The notes beneath the pieces were generated by a model, which did no database searches, was not told the DNA's origin, and worked only from the letters and a program-made list of their open reading frames with translations. Shown here piece by piece: positions 34,382 to 44,272 of a stretch of 64,000 nucleotides of DNA (the first letter of the stretch is position 1; each line of letters begins with the position of its first letter). Location of the stretch: positions 7,403-71,402 of the forward strand of contig DAIF01000006.1 of NCBI GenBank assembly GCA_002496015.1. Reading direction: 5' to 3'. The translations under genes were made by a program, and so were the position numbers. This DNA is from Candidatus Pacearchaeota archaeon UBA73 (lineage in GTDB: Archaea; Nanobdellota; Nanobdellia; Pacearchaeales; GW2011-AR1).

Positions 34382-35914
34382 TCAAAACAAAATATTATTT
34401 ATATTAATAAAAGAAAATAGATTCGTTCTTACTTTACTTTTTTTGATATTCTTAGATAAGGCGACAGTAACTATAACAATCAGAATAACTAAGAGAATAA
34501 TCCCCCACAAAGAAGATTTATCTTTAGATATCTTCCTGTTTTCATCAAAAATTATTTCATCATCAGGCAACGTTTCTTTCTCTCTTTGAGAAAATTTTTG
34601 AATAAAAATTCTTGCTCTGCCATTTTCAATTCCATCATATCTCAATGAAATATCGTTTTCTCCGTCTCTGTTTAAATCAAATATGACAATTTCATTCTTG
34701 GTTAAATTTAAAACAACTGGTTCTGATTGAATTGTAACTCTCGCCGTTGTTGAATTAAAAAAATTCAATGTCAAAACGTGCCCGTCAAATCTTAATTTAT
34801 CCGTGACAAGCAAAAGTTCTGAATATCCTCCTTCTAAATCAGATTCGCTGACATTATATTCAATCGGAATCCTCCCGCCCCCTCCGTAACCACCTCCAGA
34901 ACTAGAACTGCCGCAGTTACTTGTTCTCATTGTCTGAGATACAGAAAAAATATTTCCTGCATTATCTTCTGCACTTACACTAATATCGTAATCACTCCCA
35001 CAATTCAATCCTGAGACTACGTTTCCAGAGACATCGCCAGAAGAACTTAAGAGAACACAACTTTTAATCCCGCTCAACTCATCAGCACAATTAAAACTAA
35101 CAGTAATAGAATCTCTCGCTGAACTTGAATGAGAAAGAGAAATTTCTGGCATAGTGTTATCGATTGTAAATGTAATAGATACAGAATCATTTATTTGACC
35201 TAATGTATCATTCGCGATTACAGAAAGATTATACTCTCCGTCTGAAAGAGTAGTCGTGTCAAAGATTGCATTATAAAGATTGTCATTTTTTGTCGCCTCT
35301 AAAATTTCTAATTGTTCCGAAGAGTTTGAAATATTAAATGCAACACTATCGACTCCCGAAGCATCAATTATCATTGCACTTAGGACAATCTCTCCTGAAA
35401 CATCTGCAAAAGCAACAGGGGAAATAATTTCTACTTGCGGTGCTGTATTGTCTATTATAATATTTTTTATTCCAAAAGGGAGAGGAGAATGTGTAATATT
35501 CCCTCCGTTTATTTCAATTACATTGATGGAAAAAGTTATTTCACCAGCGCTTTCATCGAGATTAATTTTTATTGTAAGATTTTGCTCTTCTTCAATATCC
35601 CAATTTAATGCAATAAAACCGCCAAAAGTAGCATTGGGAAAATATGGAAAATTTGAATTTGTTACAACATTTCCTGATGAAGAAGTTAAAGTAATATTAA
35701 TTAAGTCATCTTCAATTAAATCTCCTGTAAAGTTTATTGTGATTCTGCGGAGTATTCCGGTCTCAGTTGTATTCGTTATATTAAATTTAAGAACATCAAA
35801 GCTGTCTCCTGCCTTGACAAACTCAGGAGCAACGTCCCAAAATTCCGCACTCACAGTTCCTATAAATAAAAGCAGGAAAACCGCGCTAAAAAAAATATTC
35901 CGATTCCTCACCAT
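34382..35914 (-). CDS. large cell-surface protein with Ig-like/CARDB-type beta domains and C-terminal TM anchor
   Basis: N-terminal signal, repeated beta-rich Thr/Ser/Asn-rich modules, a Gly-rich stretch, and a C-terminal hydrophobic helix plus basic tail (LWGIILLVILIVIVTVALSKNIKKSK). Confidence 0.55.
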   Translation of the reverse strand: MVRNRNIFFSAVFLLLFIGTVSAEFWDVAPEFVKAGDSFDVLKFNITNTTETGILRRITINFTGDLIEDDLINITLTSSSGNVVTNSNFPYFPNATFGGFIALNWDIEEEQNLTIKINLDESAGEITFSINVIEINGGNITHSPLPFGIKNIIIDNTAPQVEIISPVAFADVSGEIVLSAMIIDASGVDSVAFNISNSSEQLEILEATKNDNLYNAIFDTTTLSDGEYNLSVIANDTLGQINDSVSITFTIDNTMPEISLSHSSSARDSITVSFNCADELSGIKSCVLLSSSGDVSGNVVSGLNCGSDYDISVSAEDNAGNIFSVSQTMRTSNCGSSSSGGGYGGGGRIPIEYNVSESDLEGGYSELLLVTDKLRFDGHVLTLNFFNSTTARVTIQSEPVVLNLTKNEIVIFDLNRDGENDISLRYDGIENGRARIFIQKFSQREKETLPDDEIIFDENRKISKDKSSLWGIILLVILIVIVTVALSKNIKKSKVRTNLFSFININNILF

Positions 35915-36036
35915 TTACCTCTTGAACTCATCATTATTACATAAAATTTAATATTTTAGGCATTTCATTTTTATTATTTTTTCAAGTATTCAATCTTTTT
36001 AAATGTTACGCTTATGTAACTCTTTGCTTTAAATTA

Positions 36037-36285
36037 ATGTTACGCTCTCAATACATGAAAAAAAGTAAATTAAAGAGAATGATCTTTCTTAAAAAAGGCC
36101 GCCTTAGGAGTAGGGTATATGAATCTCTGAACAAACCAAAAACAGCAACAGAAATTTCAAAAGAACTTAAGGTTCATAGAAGTGCAGTAAGCAGAGTTTT
36201 ACTTGATTTAGAAAGAGAGAACTTAGCTGAATGCGTCAACGCGGAAGATGCAAGTTTCAGACACTACATAAAAAAGCCGGTTTAA
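36037..36285 (+). CDS. small winged-helix transcription regulator (ArsR/TrmB-like)
   Basis: TATEISKELKVHRSAVSRVLLDLEREN recognition-helix pattern. Confidence 0.5.
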   Translation: MLRSQYMKKSKLKRMIFLKKGRLRSRVYESLNKPKTATEISKELKVHRSAVSRVLLDLERENLAECVNAEDASFRHYIKKPV

Positions 36286-36477
36286 ATTTCTGAATTTCTT
36301 TCAGTCCCGTCAATCCAATTTATGCCTGCTCCGCAGTCCGCGTGTTATTTTGAGCGCGCGCAGTTACCAATTACTATAAAACTAGTCAGAAGCAGCGAGT
36401 CTAACCACGACCATTTCACGAGAGCGAAGGGAGAACCCGGCTGAAAGCTGCCTCCTCAAAACAGAATACCAAAGTTT

Positions 36478-37461
36478 TTAGTCTCCAACAATTCCTTTCA
36501 ATATTTTGATAGCATAGATTAATATTAGGGGTCCTATAATAAATCCGAACAACCCAAACATCGCAATTCCCCCAAATATTCCCAAAAGCATTATCAGCGG
36601 ATTGATTCTTGTCTTCTTGCCTATCAAAATCCCCCTCAAGAAGAAGTCTATCCCGAACCCTAATATTAAGCCTACCGCAACTGTTCCAATAACCACTGGA
36701 TAATTCCCTATAATTATAAAGTATATCGCAAGAGGCATCCATACGAATCCCGGTCCAACTGCCGGAATAAACGCTGTGAAAAAAACCAAGGTTGCTAACA
36801 ATAAGGCAGAGTTTATACCCAGAAGAGAGAATCCTACAAACGCCACTCCAAATTCGATTAACCCGATGAGAAAAGTTCCAAATACTATCTCTTTGGTAGC
36901 TTCAGACAACTCATTTGCTATACCCTCTCTGTCTTTGAAAGGTATGAACTTCTTAAGCTCTGCCGCCAGATAGTCCCATTTAACGAGGACATAATAAAGC
37001 GCAAAGAACATTACAAGGATTGCTAAAAAGAAAGAGATTGCATTGGACACAAGCGGCCGAAGCAAAGATACCAAGAAGTTTAATCCTTCTCGGTTTATCA
37101 TGTCCAAAACCTGCGGGTCTAAACTCAATCCTATCTTGTCAAAAATTGTGTTCAGAACATTTCCAAAAGAATTTGTGTAACTATATGCGTCTTTAACCAA
37201 CGCTCCGGCAATTATTCCAAACGGAATAACGATTATCAAAATCAGAAGAACCATACAGATTCCTGCAGCGACGCGCTCGCCTGTCTTCTTGCTCATCGCG
37301 ACGTGAAGAGGTTTAATTAAGAATCCAAGAACAAAAGCTGAAAGCAATGCTATAATATATGGCTTCAAAATAAGATAAGATGCAACAACAAGCACAACTA
37401 TCAGCGTCAGAAAAGCGTATCTTTGTAATGTCCCCTTTTCAATCGCATAGCTCATCCTCAA
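36478..37461 (-). CDS. AI-2E/PerM (UPF0118) family transporter
   Basis: Eight TM segments and the characteristic N-terminal LLSAFVLGFLIKP plus C-terminal GLFGFIIGPLIL signatures. Confidence 0.75.
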   Translation of the reverse strand: MRMSYAIEKGTLQRYAFLTLIVVLVVASYLILKPYIIALLSAFVLGFLIKPLHVAMSKKTGERVAAGICMVLLILIIVIPFGIIAGALVKDAYSYTNSFGNVLNTIFDKIGLSLDPQVLDMINREGLNFLVSLLRPLVSNAISFFLAILVMFFALYYVLVKWDYLAAELKKFIPFKDREGIANELSEATKEIVFGTFLIGLIEFGVAFVGFSLLGINSALLLATLVFFTAFIPAVGPGFVWMPLAIYFIIIGNYPVVIGTVAVGLILGFGIDFFLRGILIGKKTRINPLIMLLGIFGGIAMFGLFGFIIGPLILIYAIKILKGIVGD

Positions 37462-37505
37462 AATAAAAAAGGAAACTTAATAAAACTTCTTCTCCTCAAA
37501 GAAAA

Positions 37506-38357
37506 ATGCAAGAATATTACTTTCTATTTGCTCTCGCTATAATCTACGCAATTTTTGCGACGTTCCAGGACCTACGCTCCAGAGAAGTAGCTAACTGGCT
37601 GAACTTCTCGCTCATTGCGTTCGCACTTGCATATCGCGCATTCTACTCCTCTTATTCAAACAATCCTTGGTTTTTTCTTTACGGGCTGCTGGCATTTGGT
37701 GTGATGTATCTTCTCGCATACGGATTTTACTATACCAAAGTATTCGCGGGTGGCGATGCAAAGCTCCTTATGGGCTTAGGAATAATTCTGCCGTATCAAT
37801 CTCCTATCCACCTCCTGACATTTCCGCTCCTCTTTGTCCTGACTCTCTTCGTTTCCGGCGCGATATGGAGTTTGTTTTACAGCATAATTATCGTAACAAA
37901 AAACAAGAAAAAATTCCTAAATGAATTCAGAAGAAGATATATTAGTTGGAGACCGGTAATAATACTCTCGCTCATAGCTTTAATTCTTTCGATTCTTGCG
38001 GGATTATTCTATCATCCGTTCGGCTATTTTGTGTCCATCCTCTCCCTAATCCCCCTTTTGTTTGTCTATACAAAATCCCTTGAGCAAAGCATGATTATTG
38101 TCCTCCCTCCAAGCAAGCTTACTGAAGGAGACTGGCTCGAAAAAGAAATAAAACTTCCCGGAGGAAAAACAATACGCAAGACTGTACACGGATTATCCTA
38201 CAAAGACATTCAGCTCCTTAAGAAATATCATCGTTCTGCTTTAATCAAAGAAGGAATTCCTTTTGTGCCAGCGTTTTTGATAACTGTCCTGCTCACGGTA
38301 CTCGTCTTGGCAACTTCACTACTTCCGTTTCCGCATTTTTTTTCACTGTTTTTTTAA
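37506..38357 (+). CDS. prepilin/preflagellin peptidase (A24 family, PibD/FlaK-like)
   Basis: First catalytic Asp in FQDLRSREV and second in the canonical FAGGDAKLLMGLG motif. Polytopic membrane protein. Confidence 0.65.
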   Translation: MQEYYFLFALAIIYAIFATFQDLRSREVANWLNFSLIAFALAYRAFYSSYSNNPWFFLYGLLAFGVMYLLAYGFYYTKVFAGGDAKLLMGLGIILPYQSPIHLLTFPLLFVLTLFVSGAIWSLFYSIIIVTKNKKKFLNEFRRRYISWRPVIILSLIALILSILAGLFYHPFGYFVSILSLIPLLFVYTKSLEQSMIIVLPPSKLTEGDWLEKEIKLPGGKTIRKTVHGLSYKDIQLLKKYHRSALIKEGIPFVPAFLITVLLTVLVLATSLLPFPHFFSLFF

Positions 38358-38922
38358 TAACTTCTTTTTTCGGTTTTTTTATAATTCTCAACAGTCCATG
38401 AACTTCCTTCAGTTCTTCTTCGCTTGCTTCATATGCCGGCGAATTTACGTCAACTCTTTTTTCATAAACCGGAATAACATTTAATATCACTTCGTCAAAC
38501 GCTCTTGAAGTCTGAATCTCCGTCGCTTTCGCTTTTAATTTAGAAACCATTTTTACTGCAACTTTCTTAGCCAACATCAAAGCCCCGGTAGGAACCTCTT
38601 TAGAATCTCTCGCCAAAGTCTTAGGAATCACAATCACATGCCCTTTCGAAACAGGCCTTATCGAAACGACTGCTATCGCATCTTTATTCTCGTCAATCTT
38701 CTTGCTTGGAATGCTCCCATCTATAATCATCCTGAAAACACTGCGTTGTTCCTTTGCCGCACCTTCGGGACCACGTTGCTGCTCCACCATCGCAGAAATT
38801 GCTTCGTCACTCATTCCTGCCAGCTGGTTTCGAGCCGCCTCTTTCTGCTGTCCCTCAGGTAACCGCTCAACCTGCTCGTTCAATTGCTTCCGCGCCAGCG
38901 CCAAATCCTCTTTTGACAACAT
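38293..38922 (-). CDS. HIT-like domain protein (degenerate histidine triad)
   Basis: SVFRMIIDGSIPS ... VVSIRPVSKGHVIVIPK resembles the HIT N-terminal half. The HxHxH triad is not intact. Confidence 0.35.
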   Translation of the reverse strand: MLSKEDLALARKQLNEQVERLPEGQQKEAARNQLAGMSDEAISAMVEQQRGPEGAAKEQRSVFRMIIDGSIPSKKIDENKDAIAVVSIRPVSKGHVIVIPKTLARDSKEVPTGALMLAKKVAVKMVSKLKAKATEIQTSRAFDEVILNVIPVYEKRVDVNSPAYEASEEELKEVHGLLRIIKKPKKEVIKKTVKKNAETEVVKLPRRVP

Positions 38923-39050
38923 CTTCCAAATAGAAAACGAGCGTTTATATAATTTCTTAAACTATCTCGCTTACCGGAGCGTTTGTAGATAAATAGTCGT
39001 TCGCTAGCGCCTTTATGCGTCATTTGACTTTTTCAACAAAGTCAAGACTA

Positions 39051-39399
39051 GGCTCTGTTGAAAATCTCTCTTGCGCAGGTTTCAGATTCCCACTTCGGAT
39101 TCTCCTGCGGAGAAAAACCTAACTCACGACCCCACACGCAATTGTATGCAAATTAATCTAGCATTTGATACCCTCCCACCCGCCCCACGGAATATTGTCC
39201 CCCAGTCACCCCGCCGCCCAGACAATATTCCATAACGCTAGATTAATCTGAACTTACTCGTGCGAAGTGCGCTCGCCCTGTCCGCCTCTCCGCCCTTCTG
39301 CTCGCAGCCACGCTCGAAATTAATCAACCTTTGCACTCGCGTAACGTGCTCGCCCCAAATGTTAGTAAACCTGCAGTTTGCGACTTTTTCAACAGAGCC
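39051..39399. mobile_element. MITE-like element copy 3 (no module-A hairpin; central nested palindromes; long module B)
   Basis: GGCTCTGTTGAAAATCTCTCTTGCGCAGGTTTCAGATTCCCACTTCGG... at 39051. Internal inverted repeats ATTAATCTAGC/GCTAGATTAAT and GGAATATTGTC/GACAATATTCC. Ends ...CTGCAGTTTGCGACTTTTTCAACAGAGCC at 39399. Confidence 0.6.
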
Positions 39400-39582
39400 C
39401 CAAGACTAATAATCTTCTTAAAGACAATACTTTCGCAGCGAAGGAGAACTAAAAAGGACTGGGCAATCCGGTCTTGGTTTCTTTTCAGAAGAACGTGTAA
39501 AACTCTGAGCAAGATTTAAAATTTCATCAGTTAAGATAGAGAAGAGAATAAAGATTATATACATTGTTTTTTTGAATGAGTT

Positions 39583-40041
39583 ATGAAAAAGGGGCAAGCG
39601 TGGGGATTTGATTTAGTTGTTGGAACAATCATTTTTTCAGTGGGTATCCTCTCGTTTTACATCTATACGACGAATATTTCGGGAACTGACGGGGTGCTAC
39701 AAAACCTGCAGAAGAACGGCGAGCTTGTGGCAGATAGTCTTATGTCTGAGGGAAGTCCTGTTGATTGGAATGAGACAAATGTTGTTAGAATAGGGTTGCT
39801 GTCGGAGAATAGGATTAATCAGAGTAAGCTGAATTCTTTCATGATCTTGGCGAACGCAGATTACGGTCGCACAAGGTCTCTGTTTCGGATAAACACAGAG
39901 TATTTTATTTTTTTTGATGCTGACCAAGAGAAGGGTATTGGGATAGAACCGAGCGAGGCGACTAATTTGATTAAGATAACGAGGGTGGTCGTGTACAACC
40001 AGAGCGTCACGACCTTGAATGTTTATTCATGGATAAAGTAA
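39583..40041 (+). CDS. pilin-like protein with class III signal peptide (KKGQ|AWGFDLVVG)
   Basis: MKKGQAWGFDLVVGTIIFSVGILSFYIY. First gene of a 3-gene overlapping operon. Confidence 0.5.
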   Translation: MKKGQAWGFDLVVGTIIFSVGILSFYIYTTNISGTDGVLQNLQKNGELVADSLMSEGSPVDWNETNVVRIGLLSENRINQSKLNSFMILANADYGRTRSLFRINTEYFIFFDADQEKGIGIEPSEATNLIKITRVVVYNQSVTTLNVYSWIK

Positions 40042-42671
40042 AGGATATTTATTTTGGTAAGAAAGGTTCTTTCTTTAGTACCGACGCTTTGATTGCGGTG
40101 CTGATAATTCTTTTTGTCGTTGTCGCCGTCCGCCCCTTGTTTCAGGAGACTCTTCCTGAATCTGATATTCATTCTGATATTTTGGTCGCGCTGTCGACAT
40201 TGAAAGTCTCGGAGATGAAGGACGCCAGCGTTCAAGCGATGATTGCAGACGGGACAATACGAGAACCCAACAAAACTCTACTTGAGCAGATTGGAGAGTT
40301 TTATGTTTTTGATTATCCGGATGTTTCGAGAGCGAGGAATATTGCCGCTGTGGCTTTGAGGGATGTTAATACTACTAATAATTTTGGTATCTGGTTTGGG
40401 GATACTTTGATTTTTTCAAACAATGTTACTTCGGTTGAGGCGGCGAGGGACGTTGACGTTGCCAGACAGATTATTTCAGGAATCGAAGCGGGACAAAACA
40501 TTTCCGGATTTGCTGCGCGTGCGTTTTTGTCGAGTGATTGGACCACGTTTTATTCATATCTTGGAGGGTATGTGGGTGATGGAAATATTTCTATGAGCAT
40601 TTATTATGAAGGAAATATTTCTGATGAGGCGGTTTTAGAAATTGCTATAAATGATGATTTTGATTTTTATATCAACGGCGTTTTGTATGACAATTTCGCT
40701 AAGTCGACCGACGATTCTTACGGGCCGGAGAGATATGTTCTTGAAAATATGTCTTCGTATTTCTCGGAGGGAGAAAATCTAGTCGAGTTTAAGGGGGAAA
40801 ATTTGTTCATAGCGGGAGGTTTTCTGAAAATAAATTATCGCGGTAGTTCTCAGTTTGGCGGCAAGAACAAGACGTATAATTTTCCCGGAATCGACGGATT
40901 GATAAATGTTTATGATGGTTTTTTTGTTCCGGGCAACCTGACGCGGATGGAAGTATATTTACATATGGACAGCAACTACACGACTTTTCTGAATATAGGA
41001 AATGTGACGGTTTATCGAAGAGCAACTTCCGGGGAGGAAGCTGTTTTTCTTGATGATGCGCTGCTTTCAAGCATGATAGATTACAGCTCACTGGAAGGAA
41101 GGACGACTCCGTTGAGGCTTGGACTTGAAAACGCTTCTTATCTAGGAATTGCGCAGCTGATTGATGTTTTTTCTGTGACGGATTTGTCTGGGAGCATGAC
41201 GGAGTGCGCGATTTATTCCCAGCCATATATCTGTAGTTATAGCTGCCTGCTTGGGGGAGCTAAGTCATGCCAGATTGCGAGTCCTTCTTTGTGCACAGGT
41301 AATCCATGCGGAGGAACCTGTTTGTTGGCTTACGATCACGCGTTGAGTTGCGAACGGGACAGGATGGCTCTGGCAAAGGAATCGAATAATGTTTTTATTG
41401 ATATAATCCTAAATTATAGCGGTAATAGAGTCGGCTTGGTTGGATATGCAGGGAGCGCGCCGGATTCACAGTTTCATGTTCTTTCAAACAATTCCGCATC
41501 TCTGAAGTCAAGAGTGAGCAGTTGGAGCGCGAGCGGTTCGACCTGTATTTGCTGCGGGATAAATAAAGGGGTTTCGAATTTGGTTTCTAGTTCCACTTCA
41601 GATAAATTTCGTTCTTTGGTGGTGATGAGCGATGGGGAAGCGAATGTTCAATGCGCTCAGCAAGGGACGGGGAATGCTGCGCAAGACGCGATAAAAGCTG
41701 CGCAAGACGCGTGCCTGAATTATGGGATTGTTACTCACACTATTGGATTTGGCGAGGCAGGAGAGTCAACGATGATTGAAATAGCCAACAAAGGTTGCAA
41801 TGGAACATATTATTATGCTGATGCTGAAGAACTGGCAGAGGTTTATCAGCAGATAGCGAATTCTATTTTGACGGAATATGTTGAGCAGACTTTGTATGCC
41901 GGAGGAGGAACATTGAACACAAAACTTTTTTCTGATTCTTACATTTCTTTTGAATACACTCCTTTAGAAATGCCTTACGGTCTGACGATTACTGCAGAGA
42001 AAAATTTTGATAATGTTTTCGGCGGCAGTTTCTATATTCCTCCGGGAGCGAGGCATGTGAAGACGGACATTATTTCTTACTCTGGTCCGCTTTGGACTTC
42101 TGTTGTTTCGATTAATGGAGAGAATGTGCTTGATTTGGACGGTTTTGGAGTGCCTTATATAGGTCTCGGGGATCCGTATCAGGTGACGGCGGCTGGTTCG
42201 ACTATTGTTCAGGGCATGAACGTTGTGAATGTGACACTTGGGGTCTCAAGCAGCAATCGGACTTCTGCGTCTTCTTCGGATAATAAAATCATTTACACTA
42301 TCGTGCAGAATGCGAGTTCTTTTTCAGATGTTTTACCGGTGGCTTCAGGGTGTTTATGGGATATTCAACTTGAAGATGGTGCTGTGCTGAGTGGGGTCCG
42401 GATACCGAATAGTTTTGTCGGAACGCAGAGTTGTCTTTTTGATGATACGACTTACAATGCAATGGCCGGTTCAAATGACTACGGGCAGATATCAAGCGTG
42501 AATGATGCATATCAAGTTGCGACCCTAAATCTGTTGAGGACATTGGATTTGAACGATAATGGGAGAGTGGATGTTTTGTTCACTCAACAGGATTTGCAGA
42601 TTACTTTAAGCGAGATAGAAGGAATTCCTTTCACCTATTATACGGAGGTGCAGTCAAGAACATGGCATTGA
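40029..42671 (+). CDS. 880-aa pilin-like surface protein with von Willebrand factor A (vWA) domain
   Basis: Class-III-like N-terminus KKG|SFFSTDALIAVLIILFVVVAV and MIDAS motif DLSGSM at about residue 380. Many N-x-S/T sequons. Confidence 0.6.
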   Translation: MDKVKDIYFGKKGSFFSTDALIAVLIILFVVVAVRPLFQETLPESDIHSDILVALSTLKVSEMKDASVQAMIADGTIREPNKTLLEQIGEFYVFDYPDVSRARNIAAVALRDVNTTNNFGIWFGDTLIFSNNVTSVEAARDVDVARQIISGIEAGQNISGFAARAFLSSDWTTFYSYLGGYVGDGNISMSIYYEGNISDEAVLEIAINDDFDFYINGVLYDNFAKSTDDSYGPERYVLENMSSYFSEGENLVEFKGENLFIAGGFLKINYRGSSQFGGKNKTYNFPGIDGLINVYDGFFVPGNLTRMEVYLHMDSNYTTFLNIGNVTVYRRATSGEEAVFLDDALLSSMIDYSSLEGRTTPLRLGLENASYLGIAQLIDVFSVTDLSGSMTECAIYSQPYICSYSCLLGGAKSCQIASPSLCTGNPCGGTCLLAYDHALSCERDRMALAKESNNVFIDIILNYSGNRVGLVGYAGSAPDSQFHVLSNNSASLKSRVSSWSASGSTCICCGINKGVSNLVSSSTSDKFRSLVVMSDGEANVQCAQQGTGNAAQDAIKAAQDACLNYGIVTHTIGFGEAGESTMIEIANKGCNGTYYYADAEELAEVYQQIANSILTEYVEQTLYAGGGTLNTKLFSDSYISFEYTPLEMPYGLTITAEKNFDNVFGGSFYIPPGARHVKTDIISYSGPLWTSVVSINGENVLDLDGFGVPYIGLGDPYQVTAAGSTIVQGMNVVNVTLGVSSSNRTSASSSDNKIIYTIVQNASSFSDVLPVASGCLWDIQLEDGAVLSGVRIPNSFVGTQSCLFDDTTYNAMAGSNDYGQISSVNDAYQVATLNLLRTLDLNDNGRVDVLFTQQDLQITLSEIEGIPFTYYTEVQSRTWH

Positions 42672-43570
42672 ATAGACGGGGAATATTTTTTATGATGATG
42701 GCTTTTGTAATCATATCTCTCTTTGTTTTGTCAGTCATGTTTTATTCAGAGTTTTCATCTAGGGCGAGCGTGCAGAAAAGAGTCGAGACCTTGAGTGATT
42801 TTGTTTCGGCTTCTGAAGCAGATTTGTCCCGCCAGTTGTTTATAACTGGGTATAGAGCGATATTTTACATGGAAAAAGAGATTGTGGACAGCGGAAGTTA
42901 TTTGGGGAAGGATGTTAATTCTGTATTGGAGGAGATTTTTTTTAATGGGACGATAAATGGCAGAGAGGAACCTCTGTTGCAGCAGATAACTTTTGATAGG
43001 ATGAATCGGCTTTTGTCTGAGCGCGCGGCAGTCATAAGTGCGGATGCTTATTTTTCAAATCCCCGGATAGCTGTTAGTCAGGATGATCCGTGGAATGTAA
43101 AGTTTACTTTCACGTCTGAACTTTTTGTTGCGGACAGGAATAATCTTGCTTTGTGGAATAAGACTCAGGTGACTGAGGTTCTGATTTCAATATCTAATTT
43201 TACGGACCCGGTTTATTTTGTTGAGACGGCAGGGAATATTGCGCCGCCGGTTTTTGTCAGGACGCCTTTTGAAGTCTTTGATTCTTCTAGCCTTAATCAG
43301 CATATTCAAGGCAAATATTATCGGGCGCACGATGATGCGCCGAGTTTTCTTGACAGGTTAGAAGGTAATCTTTTTGCCGGCTCTTCGCAGGGAATTGAAT
43401 CTTTGGTTTATGTGGAAGATATTCCGATGGAGTATAGGGGGGATGGTTCAATCGTGGATTATATGTATTTTTCCGGAGCAGTTTCGCCGCATTGTCACAT
43501 TTCCGGGATGCAGTCGTGGGTGAGACTTGATGAAGCGCACTGGAATTATTATGGAGTTAGCTGCGGTTAG
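42662..43570 (+). CDS. pilin-like protein (RRG|IFFMMMAFVIISLFVL)
   Basis: N-terminal basic-Gly-hydrophobic signal. Overlaps the vWA gene stop. Confidence 0.5.
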   Translation: MALNRRGIFFMMMAFVIISLFVLSVMFYSEFSSRASVQKRVETLSDFVSASEADLSRQLFITGYRAIFYMEKEIVDSGSYLGKDVNSVLEEIFFNGTINGREEPLLQQITFDRMNRLLSERAAVISADAYFSNPRIAVSQDDPWNVKFTFTSELFVADRNNLALWNKTQVTEVLISISNFTDPVYFVETAGNIAPPVFVRTPFEVFDSSSLNQHIQGKYYRAHDDAPSFLDRLEGNLFAGSSQGIESLVYVEDIPMEYRGDGSIVDYMYFSGAVSPHCHISGMQSWVRLDEAHWNYYGVSCG

Positions 43571-44196
43571 AAGCAGACTTCTTTTTTAGGTGCGCTGCCT
43601 ACTTCGAAGTTGCAGGTTATTTCTCTTGAGGCGTCGGCGCCGGAGAGGATTGCGGAGTTAGAGAATTTTTCTGTTTCTCTTTGTGGGACGTTTTTTGTTT
43701 CGGAGGTTGTTGAATATGTTTCTTGAGAATCTTCAAAAGTATATTTGAATATTATTTCGAATTCGCCGGAGGTTTCGTAGTCTAAGTTTTTTACGGATAC
43801 GGCACAGTCTATTGTTTTTTCAATGCAATTTGTGTCTTGGTACGTTTTACATATTGAGTTTTTCTCGAAGTTTTTTAGGCCGTATGAAATAGTTCTTAGT
43901 TCACACCCCTGAAAGGGCAAGGGGTTTTGTGAGGATTGACTGCCGCTTTCTGAACCGCCTGTGGCGCTGCTTGCACTTTTTGTGGAGGAATCTTGGGGCG
44001 GGACTGCCGGTGGAGGGAGAGTTTTCTTATTTTGAGTAATTGCCTCAGATATTTTCTGAGGAACTTCCAGTCTGGTTGAAATGTAAATGGATCCTAAAAG
44101 AATTATGAAAACAAGAGCGATTGTCGTGTGTAGTTTATTCATTTCTTTTATAAACGAGAATTTTATATAAATGTTGTTAGCGTAACATTTTTTCAT
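43567..44196 (-). CDS. secreted/membrane-anchored protein with Ser/Pro-rich linker, unknown function
   Basis: N-terminal TM (LHTTIALVFIILLGSIYI), an S/P-rich low-complexity segment, and 6 Cys in the C-terminal domain. Confidence 0.45.
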   Translation of the reverse strand: MKKCYANNIYIKFSFIKEMNKLHTTIALVFIILLGSIYISTRLEVPQKISEAITQNKKTLPPPAVPPQDSSTKSASSATGGSESGSQSSQNPLPFQGCELRTISYGLKNFEKNSICKTYQDTNCIEKTIDCAVSVKNLDYETSGEFEIIFKYTFEDSQETYSTTSETKNVPQRETEKFSNSAILSGADASREITCNFEVGSAPKKEVCF

Positions 44197-44213
44197 TTTT
44201 GAAATATCATAAT

Positions 44214-44221
44214 ATTTATAA
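44214..44221 (+). promoter_or_regulatory. putative TATA box (TTTATAAA) for the major pilin gene
   Basis: AT-rich TATA-like octamer about 52 nt upstream of ATG 44273, with a consensus RBS AAAGGAGGT 7 nt before the ATG. This comes from sequence inspection only. Confidence 0.3.
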
Positions 44222-44272
44222 AGTATTAAATCCTTTGGAAATTAGACACCTAATAATCAAAAGGAGGTAAAC

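Noticed and set aside
35280-35951. 223-aa plus-strand ORF
   Set aside because: It is antisense to the 510-aa surface protein gene and lies entirely within it.
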